Of a DNA stretch of 64,000 nucleotides, positions 8,760-18,415 are shown one piece after another. A program made the position numbers and the translations under genes. Position 1 is the stretch's first letter; each line of letters starts with the position of its first letter. The stretch comes from Myxococcota bacterium (GTDB lineage Bacteria; Myxococcota_A; UBA9160; UBA6930): positions 4,128,001 to 4,192,000 of the forward strand of contig OZ245015.1 of assembly GCA_965223705.1 (NCBI GenBank), in the 5' to 3' direction. The notes under the pieces are model-generated. The model was not told the origin of the DNA, did no database searches, and saw nothing but the letters and a program-made list of their open reading frames with translations.

Positions 8760-11168
8760 TCAGTTCTTGTCGGCGCGGGCCACCGGCGCGGGAACCCCGG
8801 CGTGGCGCTCCTGACGAAGCGCGGTGCCCTGAGATTCCGGCGATTCCTCCAGTGCGACCCCGAGGGCTTCACTCATGGATTCGATGGGAACAAAGCGCAT
8901 CTTCCGCGAAAGCTCCGCCGGGATTTCCGAGAGGTCCGCCATGTTCGCAGCCGGGATCAGGATCGTGGTCACACCGGCCCGGTTCGCGGCCAGGGCTTTT
9001 TCCCGAATCCCGCCGACCGGGAGCACCCGCCCTCGCAGGGTCACTTCTCCCGTCATCGCGATATCGGGCCGAACGGGAATACCCATCGCCATCGACACCA
9101 ACGCGGTTGCGATCGTGACTCCGGCCGAAGGACCGTCTTTCGGAATCGCTCCCGCCGGAATGTGAACGTGCACCTGCCGGCGGGACAACATCGTGGCGTC
9201 CCACCCGATGCCCTCGAGGTATGAGCGGACGTAAGTGAGCGCGGTCTGCGCCGATTCTTTCATCACGTCGCCGAGCTGACCGGTGAGAATGAGCCCCCGA
9301 CCCTGGGTCAGCGCCGTTTCCAGCCGGAGGACCTCACCGCCGGCTTCGGTCCACGCGAGGCCGTTCACGACCCCGGTCTCGCCCTCGGCCATGGCCGTCT
9401 CGTGGACGTGCTTGGGGGGGCCGAGCAAAGTCGGAAGCGTTCGCTGGTTGACACGAACGAGCGACGTCTGCCCTTCCGCCGCGCGACGCGCGGCCTTGCG
9501 ACACACGGCGGCGACCTGACGGTTGAGCTCGCGCACCCCCGCTTCGAGGGTGTAGTCCGTCACCATCGACGTCAGTGCGGCGGCGGACCAGTGGATGCGA
9601 TCGTCGGGGAGACCCGCCTCGCTCGTCTCTCGCGGAATGAGAAACGAGCGCGCGATCTCGATCTTCTCTTCCGGCGTGTAGCCCGAGAGTCGAATCACTT
9701 CCATCCGATCGCGCAGCGGCCGCGGGATCGGCTCGATCAGGTTCGCGGTGCAGATGAAGAAGACTTCCGAGAGATCGAACGGAACGTTGAGATAGTGATC
9801 GCTGAAGCGCGCGTTCTGCTCTGGATCGAGCACTTCGAGGAGCGCCGCTGACGGATCGCCCCGGTAGTCGGCGCCGATCTTGTCGATCTCATCGAGCATG
9901 AAGACCGGGTTGCGCGTCCCGGCCTGCTTGATGCCTTGAATGATGCGTCCCGGCAGTGCCCCGACGTAGGTCCGTCGATGGCCGCGAATTTCCGCCTCGT
10001 CGCGCGTGCCGCCGATGGAGACGCGAACGAACTCGCGGCCCATGGCCCGGGCGATCGAGCGCCCGAGCGAAGTCTTGCCGACGCCCGGAGGTCCGACGAA
10101 GCACAGGATGGGACCGCGCGAATCACTGCGCAGCTTCCGGACGCCTAGAAACTCGAGGATGCGGTCCTTGATGCTCGAGAGGTGGGCGTGGTCGGCGTCG
10201 AGGATGGCGCGCGCGTTGACGAGATCGAGGCGATCGGGAGATCCCTTCGACCAGGGCAGCGCGACGAACCAATCGAGGTAGCCCCGAACGACTTGTGCCT
10301 CGGGACCGTCCGGATGCATGTGTTCGAGACGAAGCATCTGCCGCATCGCTTCTTCGTACGCTTCGCCGGGCGCCCCGCTCTCTTCGATCTTGCGACGGTA
10401 CTCCGCGAGTTCTTCGATCCGGGGATCGACTTCGCCGAGTTCGAGTTGAATCGCGCGCAGCTGCTCGCGGAGAAATTGATCTCGCTGACCGCGAGACATC
10501 TCCTCCTTCGCTTGCGACTGGATCTCAGCCTGGACCGTGGTGACTTCGAGCTCGCGCCGCAGCATCGCGTCTACGCGACGCAACCGCGCGATCGGATCGG
10601 CGATCTCGAGAACTTCCTGGGCCTCGGCGAGGCGCAGGCGAAGATTCGATGCGATGAGGTCCGCGAGACGGCCCGGATCCTGGATATTGCCCGTAACCGA
10701 GAGAACTTCGGGCGGCAGGTGTTTCAGTGGAATCAGTTCCTCGACGTGCCCGCGCACAGCTCGAATGAGCGCCTCGGTTTCGACGCACCACTCGGGCTCT
10801 TCCGGTTCTTCGATCGGATGAACACACGCCCACCGAGCGGGTTCGTTCTCGACGAACGAGTCGATGCGCGCTTTGCAGAGCCCTTGGACGAGCGCCTTCA
10901 CGCGCCCGTCGGGCAAGCGCAGAATCCGCATGACCATCGCGACGGTTCCGACGCGGTGGAGATCTTCTCCTTCGGGCTCCTCGATATCACCGTTGCGTTG
11001 CGCAACCAACAGGACCAGCCGGTCCCCGGCGAGGGCGTCTTCGAGCGCGCCGATGGAGCGTTCCCGCGCGACGAACAGGGGGAGGACCATGTACGGAAAG
11101 ATCACCAGCTCGCGGAGCGGGAGGATCGGCAGCTCGTCGGGAATCACAACGTCGGAGGAATCGTCCAT
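8760..11168 (-). CDS. lon: ATP-dependent protease Lon
   Basis: LON N-domain (LPILPLRELVIFP), Walker A GPPGVGKT, RGHRRTYVGALPG, catalytic PKDGPSAG and GGIREK. Confidence 0.97.
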   Translation of the reverse strand: MDDSSDVVIPDELPILPLRELVIFPYMVLPLFVARERSIGALEDALAGDRLVLLVAQRNGDIEEPEGEDLHRVGTVAMVMRILRLPDGRVKALVQGLCKARIDSFVENEPARWACVHPIEEPEEPEWCVETEALIRAVRGHVEELIPLKHLPPEVLSVTGNIQDPGRLADLIASNLRLRLAEAQEVLEIADPIARLRRVDAMLRRELEVTTVQAEIQSQAKEEMSRGQRDQFLREQLRAIQLELGEVDPRIEELAEYRRKIEESGAPGEAYEEAMRQMLRLEHMHPDGPEAQVVRGYLDWFVALPWSKGSPDRLDLVNARAILDADHAHLSSIKDRILEFLGVRKLRSDSRGPILCFVGPPGVGKTSLGRSIARAMGREFVRVSIGGTRDEAEIRGHRRTYVGALPGRIIQGIKQAGTRNPVFMLDEIDKIGADYRGDPSAALLEVLDPEQNARFSDHYLNVPFDLSEVFFICTANLIEPIPRPLRDRMEVIRLSGYTPEEKIEIARSFLIPRETSEAGLPDDRIHWSAAALTSMVTDYTLEAGVRELNRQVAAVCRKAARRAAEGQTSLVRVNQRTLPTLLGPPKHVHETAMAEGETGVVNGLAWTEAGGEVLRLETALTQGRGLILTGQLGDVMKESAQTALTYVRSYLEGIGWDATMLSRRQVHVHIPAGAIPKDGPSAGVTIATALVSMAMGIPVRPDIAMTGEVTLRGRVLPVGGIREKALAANRAGVTTILIPAANMADLSEIPAELSRKMRFVPIESMSEALGVALEESPESQGTALRQERHAGVPAPVARADKN

Positions 11169-11231
11169 CCTTCGTTGTTTCGTCGGAGCCTCCGCGCGAC
11201 TTGAGGCGCGGGAGACGTCTCCGAGACAGCC

Positions 11232-13328
11232 TTAAGGCTCTGTGACGGAGAGCTCTTGCTTCGCGGGACGCAGATGGGGAGCGGTGCCCGCTTCGTCGAC
11301 GGAGATGATGCGCCCGCGGTGCACACCGAGGAGGTGTGGTCGCTTCGCAGCGTTTCCGTCGGGTAGCACTTTCGTCACTCCGGAAACCCCCGCAGCGATG
11401 CCCGTCCCCCGCAGTGATTCAGCGAGAGATCCGCCGTCACCGTCGCGCAACTGCGATAGGAGCAGGCGCGCCGTGTCGTAGGCGACGGCGGCAAAGGCGT
11501 CGGCGGGTTGACCGAACGTCGCTTTGTACCGGCTGCCGAAAGCGGCCAATGCGGGATGCTCGCTCTCGTCGTAGTAAGCGGAGGTGAAAACAGAACCGCC
11601 GACGTGATTGCGTCCGATGGCGACGAGATCGGGGTGATTCCAATCCGACAATCCGAGGAGGCGCACGCCCGAGATTTCGTGGAAGGTGAGCTGCGGCGCG
11701 ACGAGGGCGACGTTCTGATGCGTGTCGGGAATGAAGAGCGCATCGAAGTCGATGAAAGGCGGCAACGGCTCTCCGCCGGGCCCCTCCATTTCGGCGGCTT
11801 TTGCACGAAGCTCCGCCGCCGTCTCGGGCGACTTCCGCTTGGCTTCGCGGAGCAGGCGGTTCCGCGCGCGGATCGCTCCGAGTTCCGCGTTGCTGATCAA
11901 GCGGTAGCCGACCAGCGCGCGCATTGGATCCGCGAAGTCGGTCGCTCCCGCTTCGTAGCTCGCCACAGCGACGATTTCGCCGCCCCGGGCTTCGACGGCA
12001 TCCCAGAAAAGACCGCGCGCCTGGCGCCCGTATCCATCCCGCGGATACAGCACGCCGAAACGCGACAAGCCGAGCTCGTCCATGGCGTACGTGACGAGCG
12101 TTTCGATCTCCGCGCGCGGCGTCAGGCCGAAGCGGAAGATGCGATCGCCGGTGGTCGCGATCTCCTCGCGGCGCGACAGAGCGAGCAGGGGAATTCCCGC
12201 GCGCTGGGCCGCACGGGCCGCAGCTTGAGATTCCTTGCCGAGGAGCGGTCCGATGATGGCGGAAGCGCCTTCGCGCTCGAGCTCCATCACGCCGCGTTCC
12301 GCGCCCGCCGCCGTGCCACCGGTGTCGCGCACAAGGAGCTCGACGCCACCTCGCACGTGGCGCGCGCGCGCATCGAAAATTCCGGTCGCGAGTGTGATCC
12401 CCTCGAGACTCTTTCTGCCGACGCTCGCGTACGGCCCGGAGAGCGGTAGCAGAACGCCAACCCTGCCCGACTCACGCTCGGGATCGGTCGGCGGGAGAAA
12501 ACGAGCTTCGCGAATCGAGGGGAGCGCCGTCGCGCGCGCGCCGGCGCCGCCTCCGCCTTCGAGCTCGGACAGCAGCAGCGCCAACCGCTCGCCCGATTCC
12601 GCTGAAAGCGGGAGGGCGCCGGCCCGTCGCAACGCGTCTTCCGCGCGCGCGGGTTCGCCCGCCGCGAGCGCGCGGGACGCTTCTTCCAACCAGAGACGAC
12701 CGGCCGGGAAGCTGCGACCGAGTTGTTTCGCAAGCGGTGGCACCGTTCCGGCGGGCAAGCCGCGAATGACGTCGTCGATGAGCGAGTCGGTCGCCGCCGC
12801 GTCGACTTCGTTCTGCTCCCCGCGAAGCTCGGCCAACCAGCGCAGCTGACCGAGGGGATCGTTCCGGCGTCCCGCCAGTTCTGCGAGCCGGCGACGCAGG
12901 ATGCCCCGTCGTTCGGGATCGAGTTGCGAAAGTCGCGCGCCGGACAGCGTCGCGTAGGCGGCATCGAGATCGCCGGACGATTCCTCGATCTCGGCCAGGG
13001 CGAGCCGCGCGTCGAAGCTCGCAGGAGCGCGGGGATAGCGGCGCAACAACTCGCGCATCGTCGCGGTCGCCGTCTCGGGATCTCCGTCTTCCCGTTGGAG
13101 CTCGGCCAGGTCGAGCATCGCCTTCGGCGCCCGCGGATCGCGGGGACGCGTCTCGATCAATTCTGCGAGCGCGCGTTTCTCGGCCTCTCGATCGGCGGAC
13201 GTACCGGCCTCGTAGGTACCGGTGCGAGGCTCGGACGGAGTCGGCATGCGGAACGGCGGGCCCGCGCAGCTGGTGGCCAGCAACAGCGTCGCGCACATCG
13301 CGATTCGGCTCAGGTCGTGTCTACTCAA
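11232..13328 (-). CDS. TPR-containing lipoprotein with periplasmic-binding-protein type 1 domain (penicillin-binding protein activator LpoA-like)
   Basis: Lipobox LLLATSC, TPR-like repeats, VGVLLPLSG, IIGPLL, FDALFIPD. Confidence 0.75.
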   Translation of the reverse strand: MSRHDLSRIAMCATLLLATSCAGPPFRMPTPSEPRTGTYEAGTSADREAEKRALAELIETRPRDPRAPKAMLDLAELQREDGDPETATATMRELLRRYPRAPASFDARLALAEIEESSGDLDAAYATLSGARLSQLDPERRGILRRRLAELAGRRNDPLGQLRWLAELRGEQNEVDAAATDSLIDDVIRGLPAGTVPPLAKQLGRSFPAGRLWLEEASRALAAGEPARAEDALRRAGALPLSAESGERLALLLSELEGGGGAGARATALPSIREARFLPPTDPERESGRVGVLLPLSGPYASVGRKSLEGITLATGIFDARARHVRGGVELLVRDTGGTAAGAERGVMELEREGASAIIGPLLGKESQAAARAAQRAGIPLLALSRREEIATTGDRIFRFGLTPRAEIETLVTYAMDELGLSRFGVLYPRDGYGRQARGLFWDAVEARGGEIVAVASYEAGATDFADPMRALVGYRLISNAELGAIRARNRLLREAKRKSPETAAELRAKAAEMEGPGGEPLPPFIDFDALFIPDTHQNVALVAPQLTFHEISGVRLLGLSDWNHPDLVAIGRNHVGGSVFTSAYYDESEHPALAAFGSRYKATFGQPADAFAAVAYDTARLLLSQLRDGDGGSLAESLRGTGIAAGVSGVTKVLPDGNAAKRPHLLGVHRGRIISVDEAGTAPHLRPAKQELSVTEP

Positions 13329-14449
13329 TCGAACAGATCTTTCAGCTTGTCGAGGAAGCCCTTCGTCACGGGTGACGTGTCGGTGCCGGTCTCCTCGGCG
13401 AACTCCTCGAGAAGCTCCCGCTGCTTCCGAGTGAGCTTCGCCGGCACCTCGACGAAGATTCGCACGAACTGATCGCCTCGGCGCCCGTCGGCCAGGTTTG
13501 GCAGCCCTTTTCCGCGCAGGCGGAACGTTTTGCCCGACTGTGTGCCCTCGGGGATCTTTAACTGGACCCGCCCCTCGAGGGTCGGTACTTCGATCTCGCC
13601 GCCGAGCGCCGCCTGGGTGAAAGGGATCGGGCGCTCGCAGTGGAGATCCGGGCCGTCGCGCTCGAAGAGTGGATGCGGTGCCACGGAAATCACGACGTAG
13701 AGGTCTCCCGGCGGTCCGCCGGCCACGCCGGCCTCACCTTCCCCGGAGACTCGGAGGCGCATGCCGTCGTCGACACCGGCGGGGACACGAACCGAGAGCG
13801 TCCGCTCGCCTTCGACGCGACCCGCTCCGCGGCACTCGCCGCAGGGATTCCGGACGACGAACCCCTCGCCGCGACATTGGTCACAGGGCCGGCTGATGCG
13901 GAACAAGCCCTGTTGGAAGATGGCCTGGCCCGATCCACCGCAGGACCCACAACGCTCGGGCTCTGTGCCCGGTGCGGCACCGGAGCCGTGACACGCCTCG
14001 CACGCGAGGGTTTTCGGAATCTCGATGCTGGCTTCCAGGCCATCGGCGGCCTGGTTGAGGTCGATCTCGAGGTTGTAACGGAGATCCGCACCGCGCTGTC
14101 CGCGTCCGCGTCGGCCGCCAGCAGCACCTGCGGCACCGAAGAGATCGCCGAACAGGTCGTTGAAGATGTCGCCAAAACCCGAGAAATCGCCGCCCTGAGC
14201 GAAACCACCGCCTCCGCCGGCGCCCGCTACGCCTTCGTGGCCGAAGCGGTCGTACATGGCGCGTTTCTCGTTGTCGGCGAGGATCGCGTACGCCTCGGAG
14301 GCTTCCTTGAACTTCTCTTCGGCGACGGCGTCGTCGGGATTGCGATCGGGGTGGTACTGAAGCGCCAGCTTCCGGTACGCGCTCTTCAGCGTATCCGCGT
14401 CGGCGTCGCGGGAGACTCCCAATACTTCGTAGTAGTCCCGCTTCGCCAA
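13325..14449 (-). CDS. dnaJ: Chaperone DnaJ
   Basis: J-domain HPD, G/F-rich region, four CxxCxGxG repeats. Confidence 0.97.
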   Translation of the reverse strand: MAKRDYYEVLGVSRDADADTLKSAYRKLALQYHPDRNPDDAVAEEKFKEASEAYAILADNEKRAMYDRFGHEGVAGAGGGGGFAQGGDFSGFGDIFNDLFGDLFGAAGAAGGRRGRGQRGADLRYNLEIDLNQAADGLEASIEIPKTLACEACHGSGAAPGTEPERCGSCGGSGQAIFQQGLFRISRPCDQCRGEGFVVRNPCGECRGAGRVEGERTLSVRVPAGVDDGMRLRVSGEGEAGVAGGPPGDLYVVISVAPHPLFERDGPDLHCERPIPFTQAALGGEIEVPTLEGRVQLKIPEGTQSGKTFRLRGKGLPNLADGRRGDQFVRIFVEVPAKLTRKQRELLEEFAEETGTDTSPVTKGFLDKLKDLFD

Positions 14450-14501
14450 ATGGTGACTCGTTGCGTTCCGCCGGAGTTATTCGATGGACCGATGCGCGGG
14501 C

Positions 14502-16328
14502 TCAGTCAGAGGCCTCTTCCGCACCGAGGCTCGCGTATAGCGCTTCCGTCATTTGGTAGGAGAGCGTCGAGAGTTCGTCAACGGCTGCGGCGAGAGCTTG
14601 CTCGTCACCGGAGGAGATCTCGGCCTTGGCTTTCTCGATCGCGCCTCGGAGCGCTTCTTTCTGATCGTCCGCGATGTGGTCCGCGTATTCCTCGACGGTG
14701 CGCTCGGTGGAGTAGATCAGGCCATCGGCCTTGTTCACGAGCTCGGTCTTCGCGCGGCGCTCCTGGTCCGATTGGGCGTGCTCGGACGCTTCTTCGACCA
14801 AGCGCGCGATGTCTTCGTCCGACAAGCCGCCGTTCGCGCTCACGCGCACGGCCTGTTCCTTGCCCGTACCGAGGTCCTTGGCGGACACCGCGACGACACC
14901 GTCGGTGTCGATTTCAAAGGCGACTTCGATCTGCGGGACACCGCGCGGCGCCGGCGGAATCCCCACGAGTTCGAAGCGACCGAGGGTCTTGTTGTCCTCG
15001 GCCATCTCGCGCTCGCCTTGGAGCACGTGGATACGCACGACGTTCTGGTTGTCTTCCGTCGTCGAAAATACCTGAGCTTGGCGCGTCGGAATCGTCGTGT
15101 TCTTCTCGATGATCTTCGTGAAGACACCGCCCTGGGTCTCGACGCCGAGCGACAGGGGCGTGACATCGAGCAGCAACACGTCTTCGACGTCGCCCTGAAT
15201 CACACCGCCCTGAATCGACGCGCCGACGGCGACGACCTCGTCGGGGTTCACCGTCTTGTTGGGATCGCGGCCGAAGATCTCTTTGACCTTCTCCTGGATG
15301 CGCGGCATGCGCGTCATGCCGCCGACCAGGATCACGTCCTTGATATCGGCCTTGGAAAGCCCTGCGTCTTCGAGCGCTGTCTCGCACGGCTCGATCAGTC
15401 GATCGATCAAGTCTGCGACGAGCGCTTCGAGCTTCTCGCGCGTCAGCGTCAAATTGAGGTGCTTCGGACCGGACTCGTCGGCGCTGATAAAGGGCAGGTT
15501 GATGTCGGTGGCTTCGGTCGACGAGAGTTCGTGCTTTGCGCGCTCGGCCGCTTCCTTGAGTCGCTGCAGTGCCATCGTGTCGGGTCGCAGGTCGATCTGG
15601 TGTTCGCTCAGGAACGCCTCGATCAAGTGCTCGACGATGCGCTGGTCGAAATCTTCGCCGCCGAGGAACGTGTCACCGTTCGTGCTGCGGACTTCGAACA
15701 CGCCGTCGCCGAGTTCGAGGATCGAGATATCGAATGTGCCGCCACCGAGGTCGAAGACCGCGATGCACCCGGACGTCTCTTGCCCGAGCCCGTAGGCCAG
15801 CGCGGCAGCCGTCGGCTCGTTGATGATCCGCAGGACGTTGAGCCCCGCGATCTTGCCCGCGTCTTTCGTCGCTTGGCGCTGTGCGTCGTTGAAGTAGGCG
15901 GGAACCGTGATCACGGCGTCGGTCACGGCATCGCCGACGAAGTCCGCCGCGATCTCGCGCATCTTGGCGAGCACGATCGCGGAAATTTCCTGGGGCGGCG
16001 CGAGCTTGTCGCCGAGGCGAATCCAGGCATCACCGTTGTCCGAGGCCTCGATGCCGAACGGGGCGATCTTCGCGAACTCGGCGGCTTCGGGCGAGTCGAA
16101 GGGACGTCCGATCAAACGCTTCGCCGCAAATACGGTGCGATCGGGGTTGGTGACCGCTTGGCGTTTCGCGATTTGACCGACGAGTTTTTCGCCCTGATCG
16201 GTGAACGCCACCATCGAAGGCGTCGTGCGCCCGCCCTCGGCATTGGGAATCACCTGCGGTTCTTGACCGTCCATGATGGCGCAGCAAGAGTTCGTGGTTC
16301 CGAGGTCGATGCCGATGACTTTGCTCAT
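14502..16328 (-). CDS. dnaK: Chaperone DnaK
   Basis: [48 protein letters not shown] (ATG 16328; alternative GTG 16331). Confidence 0.98.
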   Translation of the reverse strand: MSKVIGIDLGTTNSCCAIMDGQEPQVIPNAEGGRTTPSMVAFTDQGEKLVGQIAKRQAVTNPDRTVFAAKRLIGRPFDSPEAAEFAKIAPFGIEASDNGDAWIRLGDKLAPPQEISAIVLAKMREIAADFVGDAVTDAVITVPAYFNDAQRQATKDAGKIAGLNVLRIINEPTAAALAYGLGQETSGCIAVFDLGGGTFDISILELGDGVFEVRSTNGDTFLGGEDFDQRIVEHLIEAFLSEHQIDLRPDTMALQRLKEAAERAKHELSSTEATDINLPFISADESGPKHLNLTLTREKLEALVADLIDRLIEPCETALEDAGLSKADIKDVILVGGMTRMPRIQEKVKEIFGRDPNKTVNPDEVVAVGASIQGGVIQGDVEDVLLLDVTPLSLGVETQGGVFTKIIEKNTTIPTRQAQVFSTTEDNQNVVRIHVLQGEREMAEDNKTLGRFELVGIPPAPRGVPQIEVAFEIDTDGVVAVSAKDLGTGKEQAVRVSANGGLSDEDIARLVEEASEHAQSDQERRAKTELVNKADGLIYSTERTVEEYADHIADDQKEALRGAIEKAKAEISSGDEQALAAAVDELSTLSYQMTEALYASLGAEEASD

Positions 16329-16330
16329 CA

Positions 16331-17086
16331 CTAAACCTCTTCGTCGCCGGTTTCGCTTTTCGACGAAACCTCGTCGGCGCCGTCGGGCACGGTCGCGATA
16401 TCGTCCGCAATCGGTTGGGGCGCGGCGGCTTGTTCCGCGAGCGGGGTTTCACTCTTCTTCGAAACGATGACCTTCGCCGGTCGCAACAAGCGATCGCGAA
16501 GCTGATAACCCTTCGCGAACACCTGAACGACGGTGTTCTGCGGAACCGAGTCATCTTCTTGCTGTGCCATCGCCTCGTGGACTGCGGGATCGAACGCCTC
16601 CCCCGCCGCTTCGATCACGGTCACGCCGTGGCGATCGAGCGCTTGAATCAATTCTCTTTGTACGAGTTCGACACCCTGCAACATCGCTTCGAAGTCACCG
16701 CCCGCACTGCTTCGCGCGTGCTCAATTGCGCGTTCGAGATTATCGACCGTTCCTAAAAGGTCCTTGACGATATTCTCGTGGCCGTAGTTGTGGGCGTCCT
16801 GCCGCTCTTTCATCACCCGTTTGCGGTGATTCTCGTAGTCGGCCTGAAGGCGTATGTATTGATCCTGCAGCGCTTCGTGGGCCGCGCGCAGTTCGGTGAG
16901 TTCGGCCTCGAGCCGACCGTCGGAATCGCCCGCATCACCGCCCGATTCTTTCGCGCCGACCGCTTCCGCCGCTTCGCGGAGCGCTTCCTCGAGCGCCGGG
17001 TTCGGCGGAAGAGTCCCGCCCGAGGCCTCGTCGGAAGCGTCGCCGTCGTTCACCCTGTCGTCGTCGTGGACGTCGCCCTGACTCAC
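16331..17086 (-). CDS. grpE: Nucleotide exchange factor GrpE
   Basis: [44 protein letters not shown] start chosen after a GGAGA RBS. Confidence 0.95.
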   Translation of the reverse strand: MSQGDVHDDDRVNDGDASDEASGGTLPPNPALEEALREAAEAVGAKESGGDAGDSDGRLEAELTELRAAHEALQDQYIRLQADYENHRKRVMKERQDAHNYGHENIVKDLLGTVDNLERAIEHARSSAGGDFEAMLQGVELVQRELIQALDRHGVTVIEAAGEAFDPAVHEAMAQQEDDSVPQNTVVQVFAKGYQLRDRLLRPAKVIVSKKSETPLAEQAAAPQPIADDIATVPDGADEVSSKSETGDEEV

Positions 17087-17212
17087 GTGTTCTCCATCGA
17101 ACGAACCGTTCGCCGTCCTATCGGCAAAACGGACGTTCAGTCGTAACACCCTGTTTTTCGTAGGTCAAACACCATGGACCGAAGTTCCAGGAGCCGCGAT
17201 TTTCCCGTGTGG

Positions 17213-18376
17213 TCAGAGCAGTTCCAGGAGGACGCTATCCGCGATGCGGCGTCCGGAAGGCGTCAATTTGAGGTGTCGCCCGAGCGTGACTGCGACGAGT
17301 TCCGCGGCCTGGAGCGCGACGAGACGCGCGCGCAGGAGCGAGCCGGCGTCCGTGTTGAATTCTCGGCGGAACGCGCGGAGATCGAGGCCGCGGTCGGTTC
17401 GCAGCGCGAGAAAGACCGCTTCCCGCATCGCCTCGTCCCGAGAGAGAGCCGGAGAGCTTTTCTCGGCGTGGCCATTGTCCTCCACTCGCCGAAAATACTC
17501 TTCCAAGAGGCGCGGATTCTCGGGGCGTCTCCCGTACGGCGCGGACGACCCGTTTGGATCGAACGAGCTCGCGCCGACGCCGAGCGCCAACACCGGGCGT
17601 CGCTCCCAGTAGCGCCGGTTGTGGAGCGAAGCGAAGCCGGGGCGCGCGAAGTTCGACAATTCGTAGTGGCGGTAGCCCGCCCTCTCGAGGGTCTCCCACA
17701 CGGTTTCGAGCATCGCGTAGCCGGTTTCCTCGTCGGGCAGCGCGAGCTTGCCGCGCGGGGCGGCGCGCGCGAAAGGCGTGTCGCCCTCGATCGTCAGGGT
17801 ATATGCAGAAATGTGTTCGGGAGCGAACGCCAACGCGCGGTTCAGATCGCACTCGAGCGATGTGAGCGTTTGGCCGGGCGCGCCGAAGATCAGGTCGAGA
17901 GACACGTTGTCGAAGCCGGCGTCACGGGCGGCGCGAAGGGTCGCGTCGCACGCGTCCCTCCGGTGGGCCCGGCCGAGTCGCCGGAGCGTCGTGTCGTCGA
18001 AGGACTGAACACCGATCGACAAGCGGTTCACTCCGCGCGCGCGAAACGCCGGCAGACGCTCTCGCTCGAGCGTGCTGGGGTTCACCTCGAGCGTCACTTC
18101 GCGCGGTTGCCCGGGAAAGTGTCGGCCCACCGCGTCGAGGAGCCTGGCCACACTCTCCGGGCGGAGAAGAGACGGCGTTCCGCCACCGAAATACACCGTG
18201 GCGACGCGGGCGCCGGCGAAATCTCCGGCCCGTTGTCGCAGCTCCCGGATGAGCGCGTCGAGGTAGCGCGTTTCCTCTCCCAGGGAGAGCGTCGGGCGAG
18301 GGACCACCGCGAAGTCGCAGTACGGGCAAACGCGTTCGCAGAAGGGAATGTGGAAATAGACGCCGACGTCGCTCAC
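17213..18376 (-). CDS. hemW: Radical SAM heme chaperone HemW (HemN-like)
   Basis: YFHIPFCERVCPYCDF, YFGGGTPS, RLSIGVQSF, YELSNF, HNRRYW; start inferred at GTG 18376. Confidence 0.9.
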   Translation of the reverse strand: MSDVGVYFHIPFCERVCPYCDFAVVPRPTLSLGEETRYLDALIRELRQRAGDFAGARVATVYFGGGTPSLLRPESVARLLDAVGRHFPGQPREVTLEVNPSTLERERLPAFRARGVNRLSIGVQSFDDTTLRRLGRAHRRDACDATLRAARDAGFDNVSLDLIFGAPGQTLTSLECDLNRALAFAPEHISAYTLTIEGDTPFARAAPRGKLALPDEETGYAMLETVWETLERAGYRHYELSNFARPGFASLHNRRYWERRPVLALGVGASSFDPNGSSAPYGRRPENPRLLEEYFRRVEDNGHAEKSSPALSRDEAMREAVFLALRTDRGLDLRAFRREFNTDAGSLLRARLVALQAAELVAVTLGRHLKLTPSGRRIADSVLLELL

Positions 18377-18415
18377 CGAGGACAGCGTACTGGACCTCCG
18401 GTACCCTCGTCCCGG

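Noticed and set aside
14553..16334. 593-aa plus-strand ORF, and similar long ORFs at 94-396, 1457-2647, 10182-11204, 30609-32948, 41969-43339 and 48550-50004
   Set aside because: These are antisense shadows of well-supported genes (dnaK, folE, larC, lon, deacylase, P450, ALDH), expected in high-GC DNA, and show no motifs.
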